This document shows, in pieces, positions 35,535-49,029 of a stretch of 64,000 nt of DNA. The translations under genes were made by a program, and so were the position numbers. The notes beneath the pieces are model-generated. The model worked only from the letters and a program-made list of their open reading frames with translations. It was not told where the DNA came from and made no database searches. Position 1 is the first letter of the stretch. The number at the start of each line of letters is the position of its first letter. This DNA is from Macrostomum lignano (Eukaryota), in NCBI GenBank assembly GCA_002269645.1, contig NIVC01001231.1, positions 1-64,000 of the forward strand, in the 5' to 3' direction.

Positions 35535-36265
35535 GCTTTGGCAGATTCTGTGTCAGTTAGATTTGGCAGATTCTGTTTCAGTTAGATTTGGCAGATTCTG
35601 TGTCAGAATTGGCAGATTATGTGTCAGTTAGATTTGGCAGATTCTGTGTCAGTTAGATTTGGCAGATTCTGTTTCAGTTAGATTTGGCAGATTCTGTTTC
35701 AGTTAGATTTGGCAGATTCTGTGTCAGAATTGGCAGATTATGTGTCAGAATTGGCAGATTCTGTGTCAGAATTGGCAGATTCTGTGTCAGAATTGGCAGA
35801 TTATGTGTCAGTTAGATTTGGCAGATTCTGTGTCAGTTAGATTTGGCAGATTCTGTTTCAGTTAGATTTGGCAGATTCTGTTTCAGTTAGATTTGGCAGA
35901 TTCTGTGTCAGTTAGATTTTGCAGATTCTGTTTCAGATTTGGCAGATTCTGTGTCAGATTTGGCAGATTCTGTGTCAGTTAGATTTTGCAGATTCTGTGT
36001 CAGATTTGGCAGATTCTGTGTCAGATTTGGCAGATTCTGTGTCAGATTTGGCAGATTCTGTGTCAGATTTGGCAGATTCTGTGTCAGATTTGGCAGATTC
36101 TGTGTCAGATTTGGCAGATTCTGTGTCAGATTTGGCAGATTCTGTGTCAGATTTGGCAGATTCTGTGTCAGTTAGATTTGGCAGATTCTGTGTCAGATTT
36201 GGTAGATTCTGTGTCAGTTGGATTTGGCAGATTCTGTGTCAGTTAGATTTGGCAGATTCTGTGTC
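35535..36265. repeat. 21/26-bp minisatellite GGCAGATTCTGTGTCAG(TTAG)ATTT
   Basis: Direct reading. Confidence 0.95.
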
Positions 36266-36346
36266 AATTGAATTATCAATGGAAGATTCTGCTTCAGGAT
36301 CAGCAGATGCTCAAAACATACAATGAACAAAAACTTCTGCTTTCAG

Positions 36347-37617
36347 GAGCTCCTTGACGACCTGCCGTGTCTGAACCTGCCCGTTCCTCTGCTGGGCCTG
36401 TCCAAAGCTGCTGACGCCGCTGCCACCCCGCCCTGTAAGCGCGGACGCCAGCGCGATCGGGAGCTGCTGCGCCGCCTGCCCGGCCGTCGGTCGCGTCAGT
36501 CTAGCGGCGATGCGTGCGCCGCGGCAGCGAAACTGATGGCCGACGAGCCGCCGCCCTGGTGGATGCGCGACATCGGCGCCGTGGTGACGACTCCTGCTGG
36601 CAAGAACGATGAAGATCCAGTGCTGCTGGACGAGAGCTTTTGTCCGATTAAGAGAAAGTGAGTAGCTTTTTTTCTTTAGTATATTCTGCAGTAGATTCTA
36701 TGCTAGATTGGTAGATTCTATGGTAGATAGGTAGATTCTTTGGTAGATTGGTAGAATCGATTCTATGGTATAATAGATTGGTAGATTATTAGATTCGATG
36801 GTAAATTTGTAGATTCTATGGTAGATTGGTAGATTCTATGGTAGATTGGTAGATTCTGTGGTATAATAGATTGGTAGATTCTATGATAGATAGGTAGATT
36901 CTATGGTAAATTGATAGATTCTATGGTAGATTGGTAGATTCTATGGTAGATTGGTAGATTCTATGGTAAATTGATAGATTCTATGGTAAATTGGTAGATT
37001 ATATGGTAAATTGGTAGATTCTATGGAAGATAGGTAGATTATTTGCTAGATTGGTAGATTATATGGTAGATAGGTAGATTTTATGGTAGATTGGTAGATT
37101 CTATGGTAGATTGGTAGATTCTATGGTGCATTGGATATATTGGTAGATTCTGTGGTAGATTACTTAGTGGACATCTCGAAAAGGTAGGTTGGAAGATTCT
37201 ATGACGGGTTAATTGGTAGAAGACTGAATTAATTTCGATGCTCAATTGTCATTCATCCTTGCTCTACGAGTACCATAATCTACTTTTTCCTTACATCAGT
37301 CAGTAGTGTGCAACGCATTTTACATTCGAATTTCTACTTGCTCTCTCGCCCAGACCGGCCCCCGAGACGCCGAAGGCTCCGCTGTCTGAGAAAAATTCTC
37401 GGCGTAAGAAAAAGGTTGCCGCGGTCAGGGCCGAAGCCAAGGTCAAGGCCGAGCCAGGGGCCAAGGCCAAGCGGGGGTCAAGGCCGAGCCGGGGGTCAAG
37501 GCCAATCGGAGTGTCAAGGCCGAGCCGGGGGTCAAGGCTGAGGACAAGGAAAATTCCGGCAATAATCGCCGAGTGTCACTTCGGCTGGCCCTGGCCAACA
37601 GTCTTCAAAATTATTGA
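36347..37617 (+). CDS. Last two exons of an unknown plus-strand gene (36347-36657 and 37354-37617)
   Basis: GC-rich exons with TTTCAG| acceptor, AA|GTGAGT donor and CTCGCCCAG|A acceptor in matching phase 2; Lys-rich VKAEPG repeats; ends DKENSGNNRRVSLRLALANSLQNY*; a 1-bp deletion near 37475 is absent in the duplicated copies. Confidence 0.55.
36690..37165. repeat. GGTAGATTCTAT-core minisatellite (intron of the unknown plus-strand gene)
   Basis: Direct reading. Confidence 0.9.
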
Positions 37618-38064
37618 GGGAATCGATTTTTTATTTGCTTTTTTACGTCAGTGACTGTCGATGTACTTTTATTTTTAATCTCGGTCGCTGTTGATTTTTA
37701 ACAACTTTATCAATAATTTGTCATCTTGATCAGTCTCTCCTTTCGCCGCTTTTATTACTTTATTAATAATAATTTTCGATTTTCTGCATTTTAGTAATAG
37801 ATGCTTTTTATGGACAGTGTTACTACTGTCAGTAATATTTTCGTTCAATTGCTGATCTGCTGTGTGGAACTAAATAAAACTAAGTTACTTTCGATACATA
37901 TCGGTCAGACAAGACTGGTTTCCAACTTGTTTATAGTTTGTTTAGAAAATGAAGCTCTGGAAACTTGGTACTGTGTGTAATTTACATGATTACATTGCAT
38001 GGTGTACTTGTATAGTAATAAATCATCTGCAACTGCAACGTTTACTTGAGATTTGCTAGATTTC

Positions 38065-38770
38065 ACAAACATTTCACAAAATCCAGATTGGCGCCACATT
38101 TCACAAAATCTAGATTGGCGCCACATTTCACAAAATCCAGATTGGCGCCACATTTCACAAAATCCAGATTGGCGCCACATTTCACAAAATCCAGATTGGC
38201 GCCAAATTTTACAAAATCCAGATTGGCGCTAAATTTTACAAAATCAAGATCGGCACTTAATTTTACAAAATCCAGATTGGCGCCACATTTTAAAAAATCC
38301 AGATTAGCGCCACATTTTACAAAATCCAGATTGGCGCAAAATTTTACAAAATCCAGATTGGCGCTAAATTTTACAAAATCCAGATTGGCGCCACATTTTA
38401 CAAAATCCAGATTGGCGCCACATTTTACAAAATCCAGATTGGCGCCACATTTTACAAAATCCAGATTGGCGCCACATTTTACAAAATCCAGATTGGCGCC
38501 ACATTTTACAAAATCCAGATTGGCGCCACATTTTACAAAATCCAGATTGGCGCCACATTTTACAAAATCCAGATTGGCGCCACATTCTACAAAATCCAGA
38601 TTGGCGCCACATTCTACAAAATCCAGATTGGCGCCACATTTTACAAAATCCAGATTGGCGCCACATTTTACTAAATCCAGATTGGCGCCACATTTTACAA
38701 AATCTAGATTGGCGCCACATTTTACAAAATCCAGATTGGCGCCACTTTTACAAAATCAAGATTGGCGCCA
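38065..38770. repeat. 27-bp minisatellite ACAAAATCCAGATTGGCGCCACATTTT (also ~40300-41005 and ~42540-43405)
   Basis: Lies between the two convergent terminal exons in each unit of the triplication. Confidence 0.95.
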
Positions 38771-38823
38771 TGTCTACATACCGGATTCAGATACAGGTAA
38801 AGCTACAGATCAGATAAAATAAT

Positions 38824-41418
38824 TCATTTATCAGCTTCTGCAACATCAGATTGTTGCTGCTTCTGCTGAACGCGGACCATCTGGGCGGTGAGCAGGCACA
38901 TCTCGCCGCCGCTGTCTCTGGTATCGTGAGCGGCCAGGTACAACAGGTCCAGCCACCGGTGAGTGGCCAGGTGTCTGGGCAGGCACAGGCCCAGCGGAGC
39001 CAGAGGGATTCGCTGCACCAGGCTGAAGCTGGCGGCAGGATGAGGCAGGCAGCTGGACTCGGGCAGCGGGGCCGCAGGTCGGTAGCGATAGACACTCAGG
39101 CAGTTGGCCGCCTGGTCTGCCAGCAGGACGGCGCCCCAGTGGACGCAGAGGCCGCCCCAGCGGCGAATTGGCGAGCGGCTTCTGGCAAATTCCGTGACCG
39201 CCGACGGCTGCGGGCTGGTTGTGGTTGTCTGCGAATGATTTTTGCTGCTGGGTGATTTGTCATGTTGGATATTATTGTGCATATTTCTATATTGTCCGTG
39301 TAGGTGGGTACACGTCTGATAGTGGGTAGAAGCCTAAGGGACTGAGAGGGTAGAAGCCTGGTAGACTGAGAGGGTAGAAGCTTGGTAGACTGAGAGGGTA
39401 GAAGCCTGGTACACTGAGAGGGTAGAAGCCTGGTAGACTGACAGGGTAGAAGCTTGGTAGACTGAGAGGGTAGAAGCCTGGTACACTGAGAGGGTAGAAG
39501 CCTGGTAGACTGAGAGGGTAGAAGCCTGGTACACTGAGAGGGTAGAAGCCTGGTAGACTGAGAGGGTAGAAGCCTGGTAGACTGAGAGGGTAGAAGCCTG
39601 GTAGACTTCTACCGGTATAGCCCAGACCGGCCCCCGAGACGCCGAAGGCTCCGCTGTCTGAGAAAAATTCTCGGCGTAAGAAAAAGGTTGCCGCGGTCAG
39701 GGCCGAAGCCAAGGTCAAGGCCGAGCCAGGGGCCAAGGCCAAGCGGGGGGTCAAGGCCGAGCCGGGGGTCAAGGCTGAGGACAAGGAAAATTCCGGCAAT
39801 AATCGCCGAGTGTCACTTCGGCTGGCCCTGGCCAACAGTCTTCAAAATTATTGAGGGAATCGATTTTTTATTTGCTTTTTTACGTCAGTGACTGTCGATG
39901 TACTTTTATTTTTAATCTCGGTCGCTGTTGATTTTTAACAACTTTATCAATAATTTGTCATCTTGATCAGTCTCTCCTTTCGCCGCTTTTATTACTTTAT
40001 TAATAATAATTTTCGATTTTCTGCATTTTAGTAATAGATGCTTTTTATGGACAGTGTTACTACTGTCAGTAATATTTTCGTTCAATTGCTGATCTGCTGT
40101 GTGGAACTAAATAAAACTAAGTTACTTTCGATACATATCGGTCAGACAAGACTGGTTTCCAACTTGTTTATAGTTTGTTTAGAAAATGAAGCTCTGGAAA
40201 CTTGGTACTGTGTGTAATTTACATGATTACATTGCATGGTGTACTTGTATAGTAATAAATCATCTGCAACTGCAACGTTTACTTGAGATTTGCTAGATTT
40301 CACAAACATTTCACAAAATCCAGATTGGCGCCACATTTCACAAAATCTAGATTGGCGCCACATTTCACAAAATCCAGATTGGCGCCACATTTCACAAAAT
40401 CCAGATTGGCGCCACATTTCACAAAATCCAGATTGGCGCCAAATTTTACAAAATCCAGATTGGCGCTAAATTTTACAAAATCAAGATCGGCACTTAATTT
40501 TACAAAATCCAGATTGGCGCCACATTTTAAAAAATCCAGATTAGCGCCACATTTTACAAAATCCAGATTGGCGCAAAATTTTACAAAATCCAGATTGGCG
40601 CTAAATTTTACAAAATCCAGATTGGCGCCACATTTTACAAAATCCAGATTGGCGCCACATTTTACAAAATCCAGATTGGCGCCACATTTTACAAAATCCA
40701 GATTGGCGCCACATTTTAAAAAATCCAGATTGGCGCCACATTTTACAAAATCCAGATTGGCGCCACATTTTACAAAATCCAGATTGGCGCCACATTTTAC
40801 AAAATCCAGATTGGCGCCACATTCTACAAAATCCAGATTGGCGCCACATTCTACAAAATCCAGATTGGCGCCACATTTTACAAAATCCAGATTGGCGCCA
40901 CATTTTACTAAATCCAGATTGGCGCCACATTTTACAAAATCTAGATTGGCGCCACATTTTACAAAATCCAGATTGGCGCCACTTTTACAAAATCAAGATT
41001 GGCGCCATGTCTACATACCGGATTCAGATACAGGTAAAGCTACAGATCAGATAAAATAATTCATTTATCAGCTTCTGCAACATCAGATTGTTGCTGCTTC
41101 TGCTGAACGCGGACCATCTGGGCGGTGAGCAGGCACATCTCGCCGCCGCTGTCTCTGGTATCGTGAGCGGCCAGGTACAACAGGTCCAGCCACCGGTGAG
41201 TGGCCAGGTGTCTGGGCAGGCACAGGCCCAGCGGAGCCAGAGGGATTCGCTGCACCAGGCTGAAGCTGGCGGCAGGATGAGGCAGGCAGCTGGACTCGGG
41301 CAGCGGGGCCGCAGGTCGGTAGCGATAGACACTCAGGCAGTTGGCCGCCTGGTCTGCCAGCAGGACGGCGCCCCAGTGGACGCAGAGGCCGCCCCAGCGG
41401 CGAATTGGCGAGCGGCTT
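38824..41418 (-). other. Two extra copies of the NHL gene terminal exon (41061-41418 and 38824-39181)
   Basis: Same translated ORF as 43460-43918, including the TTTGCCAG acceptor and TAA stop. Confidence 0.8.
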
Positions 41419-43459
41419 CTGGCAAATTCCGTGACCGCCGACGGCTGCGGGCTGGTTGTGGTTGTCTGCGAATGATTTTTGCTGCTGGGTGATTTGTCAT
41501 GTTGGATATTATTGTGCATATTTCTATATTGTCCGTGTAGGTGGGTACACGTCTGATAGTGGGTAGAAGCCTAAGGGACTGAGAGGGTAGAAGCCTGGTA
41601 GACTGAGAGGGTAGAAGCTTGGTAGACTGAGAGGGTAGAAGCCTGGTACACTGAGAGGGTAGAAGCCTGGTAGACTGACAGGGTAGAAGCTTGGTAGACT
41701 GAGAGGGTAGAAGCCTGGTACACTGAGAGGGTAGAAGCCTGGTAGACTGAGAGGGTAGAAGCCTGGTACACTGAGAGGGTAGAAGCCTGGTAGACTGAGA
41801 GGGTAGAAGCCTGGTAGACTGAGAGGGTAGAAGCCTGGTAGACTTCTACCGGTATAGCCCAGACCGGCCCCCGAGACGCCGAAGGCTCCGCTGTCTGAGA
41901 AAAATTCTCGGCGTAAGAAAAAGGTTGCCGCGGTCAGGGCCGAAGCCAAGGTCAAGGCCGAGCCAGGGGCCAAGGCCAAGCGGGGGGTCAAGGCCGAGCC
42001 GGGGGTCAAGGCTGAGGACAAGGAAAATTCCGGCAATAATCGCCGAGTGTCACTTCGGCTGGCCCTGGCCAACAGTCTTCAAAATTATTGAGGGAATCGA
42101 TTTTTTATTTGCTTTTTTACGTCAGTGACTGTCGATGTACTTTTATTTTTAATCTCGGTCGCTGTTGATTTTTAACAACTTTATCAATAATTTGTCATCT
42201 TGATCAGTCTCTCCTTTCGCCGCTTTTATTACTTTATTAATAATAATTTTCGATTTTCTGCATTTTAGTAATAGATGCTTTTTATGGACAGTGTTACTAC
42301 TGTCAGTAATATTTTCGTTCAATTGCTGATCTGCTGTGTGGAACTAAATAAAACTAAGTTACTTTCGATACATATCGGTCAGACAAGACTGGTTTCCAAC
42401 TTGTTTATAGTTTGTTTAGAAAATGAAGCTCTGGAAACTTGGTACTGTGTGTAATTTACATGATTACATTGCATGGTGTACTTGTATAGTAATAAATCAT
42501 CTGCAACTGCAACGTTTACTTGAGATTTGCTAGATTTCACAAACATTTCACAAAATCCAGATTGGCGCCACATTTCACAAAATCTAGATTGGCGCCACAT
42601 TTCACAAAATCCAGATTGGCGCCACATTTCACAAAATCCAGATTGGCGCCACATTTCACAAAATCCAGATTGGCGCCAAATTTTACAAAATCCAGATTGG
42701 CGCTAAATTTTACAAAATCAAGATCGGCACTTAATTTTACAAAATCCAGATTGGCGCCACATTTTAAAAAATCCAGATTAGCGCCACATTTTACAAAATC
42801 CAGATTGGCGCAAAATTTTACAAAATCCAGATTGGCGCTAAATTTTACAAAATCCAGATTGGCGCCACATTTTACAAAATCCAGATTGGCGCCACATTTT
42901 ACAAAATCCAGATTGGCGCCACATTTTACAAAATCCAGATTGGCGCCACATTTTACAAAATCCAGATTGGCGCCACATTTTAAAAAATCCAGATTAGCGC
43001 CACATTTTACAAAATCCAGATTGGCGCTAAATTTTACAAAATCCAGATTGGCGCCACATTTTACAAAATCCAGATTGGCGCCACATTTTACAAAATCCAG
43101 ATTGGCGCCACATTTTACAAAATCCAGATTGGCGCCACATTTTACAAAATCCAGATTGGCGCCACATTTTACAAAATCCAGATTGGCGCCACATTTTACA
43201 AAATCCAGATTGGCGCCACATTCTACAAAATCCAGATTGGCGCCACATTCTACAAAATCCAGATTGGCGCCACATTTTACAAAATCCAGATTGGCGCCAC
43301 ATTTTACTAAATCCAGATTGGCGCCACATTTTACAAAATCCAGATTGGCGCCACATTTTACAAAATCCAGATTGGCGCCACTTTTACAAAATCAAGATTG
43401 GCGCCATGTCTACATACCGGATTCAGATACAGGTAAAGCTACAGATCAGATAAAATAAT

Positions 43460-46390
43460 TCATTTATCAGCTTCTGCAACATCAGATTGTTGCTGCTTCT
43501 GCTGAACGCGGACCATCTGGGCGGTGAGCAGGCACATCTCGCCGCCGCTGTCTCTGGTATCGTGAGCGGCCAGGTACAACAGGTCCAGCCACCGGTGAGT
43601 GGCCAGGTGTCTGGGCAGGCACAGGCCCAGCGGAGCCAGAGGGATTCGCTGCACCAGGCTGAAGCTGGCGGCAGGATGAGGCAGGCAGCTGGACTCGGGC
43701 AGCGGGGCCGCAGGTCGGTAGCGATAGACACTCAGGCAGTTGGCCGCCTGGTCTGCCAGCAGGACGGCGCCCCAGTGGACGCAGAGGCCGCCCCAGCGGC
43801 GAATTGGCGAGCGGCTTCTGGCAAATTCCGTGACCGCCGACGGCTGCGGGCTGGTTGTGGTTGTCTGCGAATGATTTTTGCTGCTGGGTGATTTGTCATG
43901 TTGGATATTATTGTGCATATTTCTATATTGTCCGTGTAGGTGGGTACACGTCTGATAGTGGGTAGAAGCCTAAGGGACTGAGAGGGTAGAAGCCTGGTAG
44001 ACTGAGAGGGTAGAAGCTTGGTAGACTGAGAGGGTAGAAGCCTGGTACACTGAGAGGGTAGAAGCCTGGTAGACTGACAGGGTAGAAGCTTGGTAGACTG
44101 AGAGGGTAGAAGCCTGGTACACTGAGAGGGTAGAAGCCTGGTAGACTGAGAGGGTAGAAGCCTGGTAGACTGAGAGGGTAGAAGCCTGGTAGACTGAGAG
44201 GGTAGAAGCCTGGTACACTGAGAGGGTAGAAGCCTGGTAGACTGAGAGGGTAGAAGCCTGGTAGACTGAGAGGGTAGAAGCTTGGTAGACTGAGAGGGTA
44301 GAAGCCTGGTAGACTGAGAGGGTAGAAGCCTGGTAGACTGAGGGTAGAAGCCTGGTAGACTGAGAGGGTAGAAGCCTTGTAGACTGAGAGGGTAGAAGCC
44401 TGGTAGACTGAGGGTAGAAGCCTGGTAGACTGAGAGGGTAGAAGCCTGGTACACTGAGAGGGTAGAAGCCTGGTAGACTGAGGGTAGAAGCCTGGTAGAC
44501 TGAGAGGGTAGAAGCCTGGTAGACTGAGAGGGTAGAAGCCTGGTATACTGAGAGGGTAGAAGCCTGGTAGACTGAGAGGGTAGAAGCCTGGTATACTGAG
44601 AGGGTAGAAGCCTGGTAGACTGAGAGGGTAGAAGCCTGGTAGACTGAGAGGGTAGAAGCCTGGTAGACTGAGAGGCTACATGTACATGCAAATCAGTCAG
44701 CACCCGTCAGCACTGTGCCGAGCCGTCAGCAGGTCGAATGCCAGCACGCCGCGCTCGTGCGCCACCAGCAGCAGCCGCACCGCAAAGTGCGGATCGGCCA
44801 GCACGGTCACGTGATTCGGCCGGAGCAGCCGCGGATGCCGCAGTTCGGCCAGCGGCGCCAAGGTGGGCAGCGCCAGCCGCTGCAGGCGGTGGTTGAGCTG
44901 GTCGGCCACCCAGACGCTGTCGGCGTCCACGGCGCAGCCGGCGGGCCGGTTGAACTGGCCGAGCCGGGAGCCCGGCGGGCCGCAGCACCTGGACAGCACC
45001 GGCTGGCTGCCAGCCCCGGCCAGCGCCTGCAGCAGAAAGACGCCGTGGATGGCGGGGCCGGCGCCTGCGCACACCAGCTGGCCGGGGGCGTCCCGGCCGC
45101 GGCTGGCCAGGCCGAGCGGGCCGCGGTGCTCCAGTCCGGCCGGCCGGTAGTGCCGGGTGTGGCGCTGCTGCTGCTGGTGCCGCGAACTGGAGGTCGTCGG
45201 GTGCAGCTGCGTCACAGCGTAGGCCTCCTGGCCGCCTGCGGCGCAATGGGTGTCCGTGATTTGTAGATTGTGGTAGACTGACATCATTCTGGAGAAACTG
45301 ACATTATTCTGGAGAAACTGACATCATTCTGAGGAAACTGACATTATTCTGATGAGACCGACATCATTCTGGAGAAACTGACATCATTCTGGAGAAACTG
45401 ACACCATTCTGAGGAAACTGACACCATTCTGAGGAAACTGACATCATTCTGAGGAAACTGACACCATTCTGAGGAAACTGACATCATTCTGAGAAAACTG
45501 ACATCATTCTGGAGAAACTGACATTATTCTGGAGAAACTGACATCATTCTGAGGAAACTGACATTATTCTGGAGAAACTGACACCATTCTGAGGAAACTG
45601 ACATCATTCTGAGGAAACTGACACCATTCTGAGGAAACTGACATCATTCTGAGGAAACTGACACCATTCTGAGGAAACTGACACCATTCTGAGGAAACTG
45701 ACATCATTCTGATGAGACTGACACCATTCTGAGGAAACTGAGACCATTCTGAGGAAACTGACATCATTCTGAGGAAACTGACATCATTCTGATGAGACTG
45801 ACACCATTCTGAGGAAACTGACACCATTCTGAGGAAACTGACATCATTCTGATGAGACTGACATCATTCTGAGGAAACTGACATCATTCTGAGGATACTG
45901 ACAGCATTCTGAGGAAACTCACACCCTTCTCAAGACTGCATAAACTGTGCTCAGATGCGCAGCTCCAGTCCCAGTCCCCCCAGACCGCAGCTCACCAGTG
46001 CCAGACAGTTTAGTGGTGACCAGCAGCGCCTCGACCGTGGAGCTGAACGCCATGCCGGTCAGACTCACCGCCGCCGCTGCAGACGGGCCGCCCTTGCTGC
46101 CCTTCTGCTGCTTTCCAATCTGCATCTTGTGCGGCAGCAGCAGGGTGAAGCACTTCTCATCCTCTTCTTCCTGTTCAGACTCCTCGTCCGATTCTTCATC
46201 GGCAGCTTTCCCAGCTTCCTCGCCATCGTCGTCGCCGCTGACGAGCTCTTCGTCCTCTCCTCGATCCAGCCTCTGCGCCTCATCGTCAGCCAGCAGCAGC
46301 AGCTCCTGCCGACTAGACTGAGCCGGCTGATTTGGCAGCAGCTCAGCCTCCGCCTGCATATCTTCTTCGCCGGTTGTTTTTGCCTCATCA
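43460..46390 (-). CDS. NHL-repeat-containing protein with an acidic N-terminal region
   Basis: NHL motif GSRLGQFNRPAGCAVDADSVWVADQLNHRLQRL in exon ~45235-44704; last exon 43817-43460 joins in phase 2; acidic exon ~46390-46069 (or to 45923), whose junction phase is unresolved. Confidence 0.7.
43960..44675. repeat. 24-bp minisatellite GAGAGGGTAGAAGCCTGGTAGACT (NHL last intron; partial copies ~39320-39606 and ~41557-41843)
   Basis: Direct reading. Confidence 0.95.
45285..45915. repeat. 20-bp minisatellite ACATCATTCTGAGGAAACTG (NHL intron)
   Basis: ~31 copies. Confidence 0.95.
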
Positions 46391-46879
46391 AACTGAGCTC
46401 AAAACTCATCGCCGTTTTAATAGAGCAGGCCAGCCCTGGTCACCCCATAACAGACTCTCTCTCTGCCTGCTCACCTCAGACCGCAGATAAAAAAACAGAG
46501 ATATTTCTGTAGCACAATTCACGCAAACAATGCTGGGTCTGATACACTAATAGCGCTCTCTCTCCACCCTCAGTCCGAACCTAGACCGCACCCGAAAGAT
46601 CGCAACTAAAGATTATGCACCCGACAGCCTGACTGTCGGTCTCTTAAAGCTGCACTATCAGGCTTTCCAGCAGAATTATAAATACATTATCAGCAACGAT
46701 AAAACTTTTAAAAACTTAGGAAAACTGAAAAAGCACCAGCAATGATTGGCAGGTGGACTTGTTGCTGGAATCCAAAGACTGCTGGGCAGCAGAGTTGCAT
46801 ACGGGCGAGTTCGCTTCTAGACTGCATGCAGTAAATACTGTGTTGTAGTACAAATGCTATGACTCACTTTCTACCTTCT

Positions 46880-47335
46880 AGCTGACACCCAAGCATCTCG
46901 CGTCTGACACCCAAGCATCTCGCATCTGACACCCAAATATCTCGCATCTGACACCCAAGCATCTCCGATCTGACACCCATGCATCTCCGAGCTGACACCC
47001 AAATATCTCGCATCTGACACCCAAGCATCTCGCATCTGACACCCAAGCATCTCGCATCTGACACCCAAGCATCTCCGATCTGACACCCAAGCATCTCGCA
47101 TCTGACACCCAAATATCTCGCATCTGACACCCAAGCATCTCGCATCTGACACCCAAGCATCTCGCATCTGACACCCAAGCATCTCGCATCTGACACCCAA
47201 GCATCTCGCATCTGACACCCAAGCATCTCGCATCTGACACCCAGGCATCTCGCATCTGACACCCAAGCATATCCGATCTGACACCCAAGCATATCCGATC
47301 TGACACCCAAGCATCTCCGATCTGACACCCAAGCA
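46880..47335. repeat. 22-bp minisatellite ACACCCAAGCATCTCGCATCTG
   Basis: ~20 copies. Confidence 0.95.
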
Positions 47336-49029
47336 ACACCCAAACGCAACTGAAACTCTTGAAAAAAGCAGAAGGCAACAAAGCCGCCAGTCAGGAAATT
47401 GCATTCAGTTGAATTTCACACGCATCGAGACAACGAAGGGTGGCGGCAGAGACGCTCGCATCAGAAATATGGATTGATTTATTTTTCAGTTAAATTATTA
47501 AAAACAGCACGGGTGAGGCATCAAGAAGTTTGCTATAATAATTGATAAAATCAGTGCTGATATAGAATCTTTGCAAAGCACAGGCAAGCAACAGGATTAC
47601 AGGTGGAGAACTGCGATGGTCTGTGCGGCATCGCAGTTCCGATCTCGCATTGGCCGGAGGCGAACTCAAGTACATGTAGAAAGATGGGGAGGGCAGAGCT
47701 CGCTCACTGACAGCTGGTTCTGTGTGTACAACAGCTAACGGAGAAGGGCACGTGTGCTAACTATAATTAAATTAGATTTGGTGTACACAGGAGGTGTAAA
47801 ACAAGAGCTGCAAAGCAGTGAACGCGCATCTATCGGTGCAAGAGATCCGGCATAATTTCGATTAAAACAAAAGCTCAACCGGTGCCTTAGCAACGGTAAT
47901 TTATAGCGTCAACAAGCGCCGCTGGGCGAGCCTATAAAAAAGAATAAACTTGAACACAAAACTTTGCTAGCATTTTGACGAGGACACTACTATAGAGCTA
48001 TAAAGGTCAGTAGTATAGCCAAAATATTATTTATTAAATTTACGATACTACTAACAAAATCGATGAGTAGTAGGATATATATTAAAACAAATTTTAATTT
48101 AGTTCTCGCAGTGAGGAGAGGGAAATGAGCGAAGAAACGACACGCTGACAGAGCGGTTCCAATTTACAGTTCGGGGCAGCCAGCCAAAAAGTACTTTTTA
48201 ATACTGCCGATGTACCGGCCCGCTATGATTGGCCAGGCTGAGGGGGGGGCTTGCCGTCAGCTTTGTTCAACAGGTACCGCTAGTTAACAAAAGAAGTGCA
48301 ACAGAGACAGACGAGAGCGCCTACTGAACAGTAGTATAATTAGCATGGGATAGTGAGTAAGAAGCATAATTAATTGCATTTACACACAGGCGGAGGGGAA
48401 GTGCAGTCTGGGATCTGGGCACACTGGCTGATTGCAACTTGGGCTGCATGGTCAACAGATTGCCGAATTTTGTTGCTCATAAAAACAGACTTTGCGACAA
48501 CCGGGCGTGCACTGGCTTCACCCGGCTAATCCTGAATCCTGGTTTCCCATAGACTGGAAGCCAGGGGCCGCACAGACTGCCGGATGAAAAAGTGCACATG
48601 TACCGGCAGACAGATATCTAAAACGAGCTGGTCCTCTAGAAAATAAAATATTCAATACAGTTAGCTGGCAGGACGCATCAGAAATCCTCAAGCGGCAGTC
48701 CCGCATAAATTCTCTATAACAGCCTATAGAACGGGTGCGCAATTATATTTTTAAAAATGATTTGCAAAAATCCAAGGGCAGGTTAGCTACTAGTAGTAGT
48801 TGATAAGGACGCGTTAGTGCGCACGCGTTATCCTATATTGAAGCAAATTTAACAGAGAAGGAAAAAAACTAGAAAATTATTGAAAACGGGGAAATTTGAA
48901 GCAGTCAGAAGATTGCCAATTGAAGGGGAAACGGTTTGATCAGGGCAGGGACAGCTGGCCTCGGCTCGGCTCGGGAGGCCAGGCAGGTGGATCTGCGAAT
49001 GGCGTGGGGAAGCTGAGGCAAATAACTGC

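Larger units (their letters stand above)
37348..44250. repeat. Tandem segmental triplication, unit 2237 bp (third unit +162 bp)
   Basis: Identical ORFs recur at offsets of 2237 (37905/40142/42379); units start at 37348, 39620 and 41857; the third unit has 6 extra 27-bp repeats and runs into the NHL gene intron, so its right end is approximate. Confidence 0.95.
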
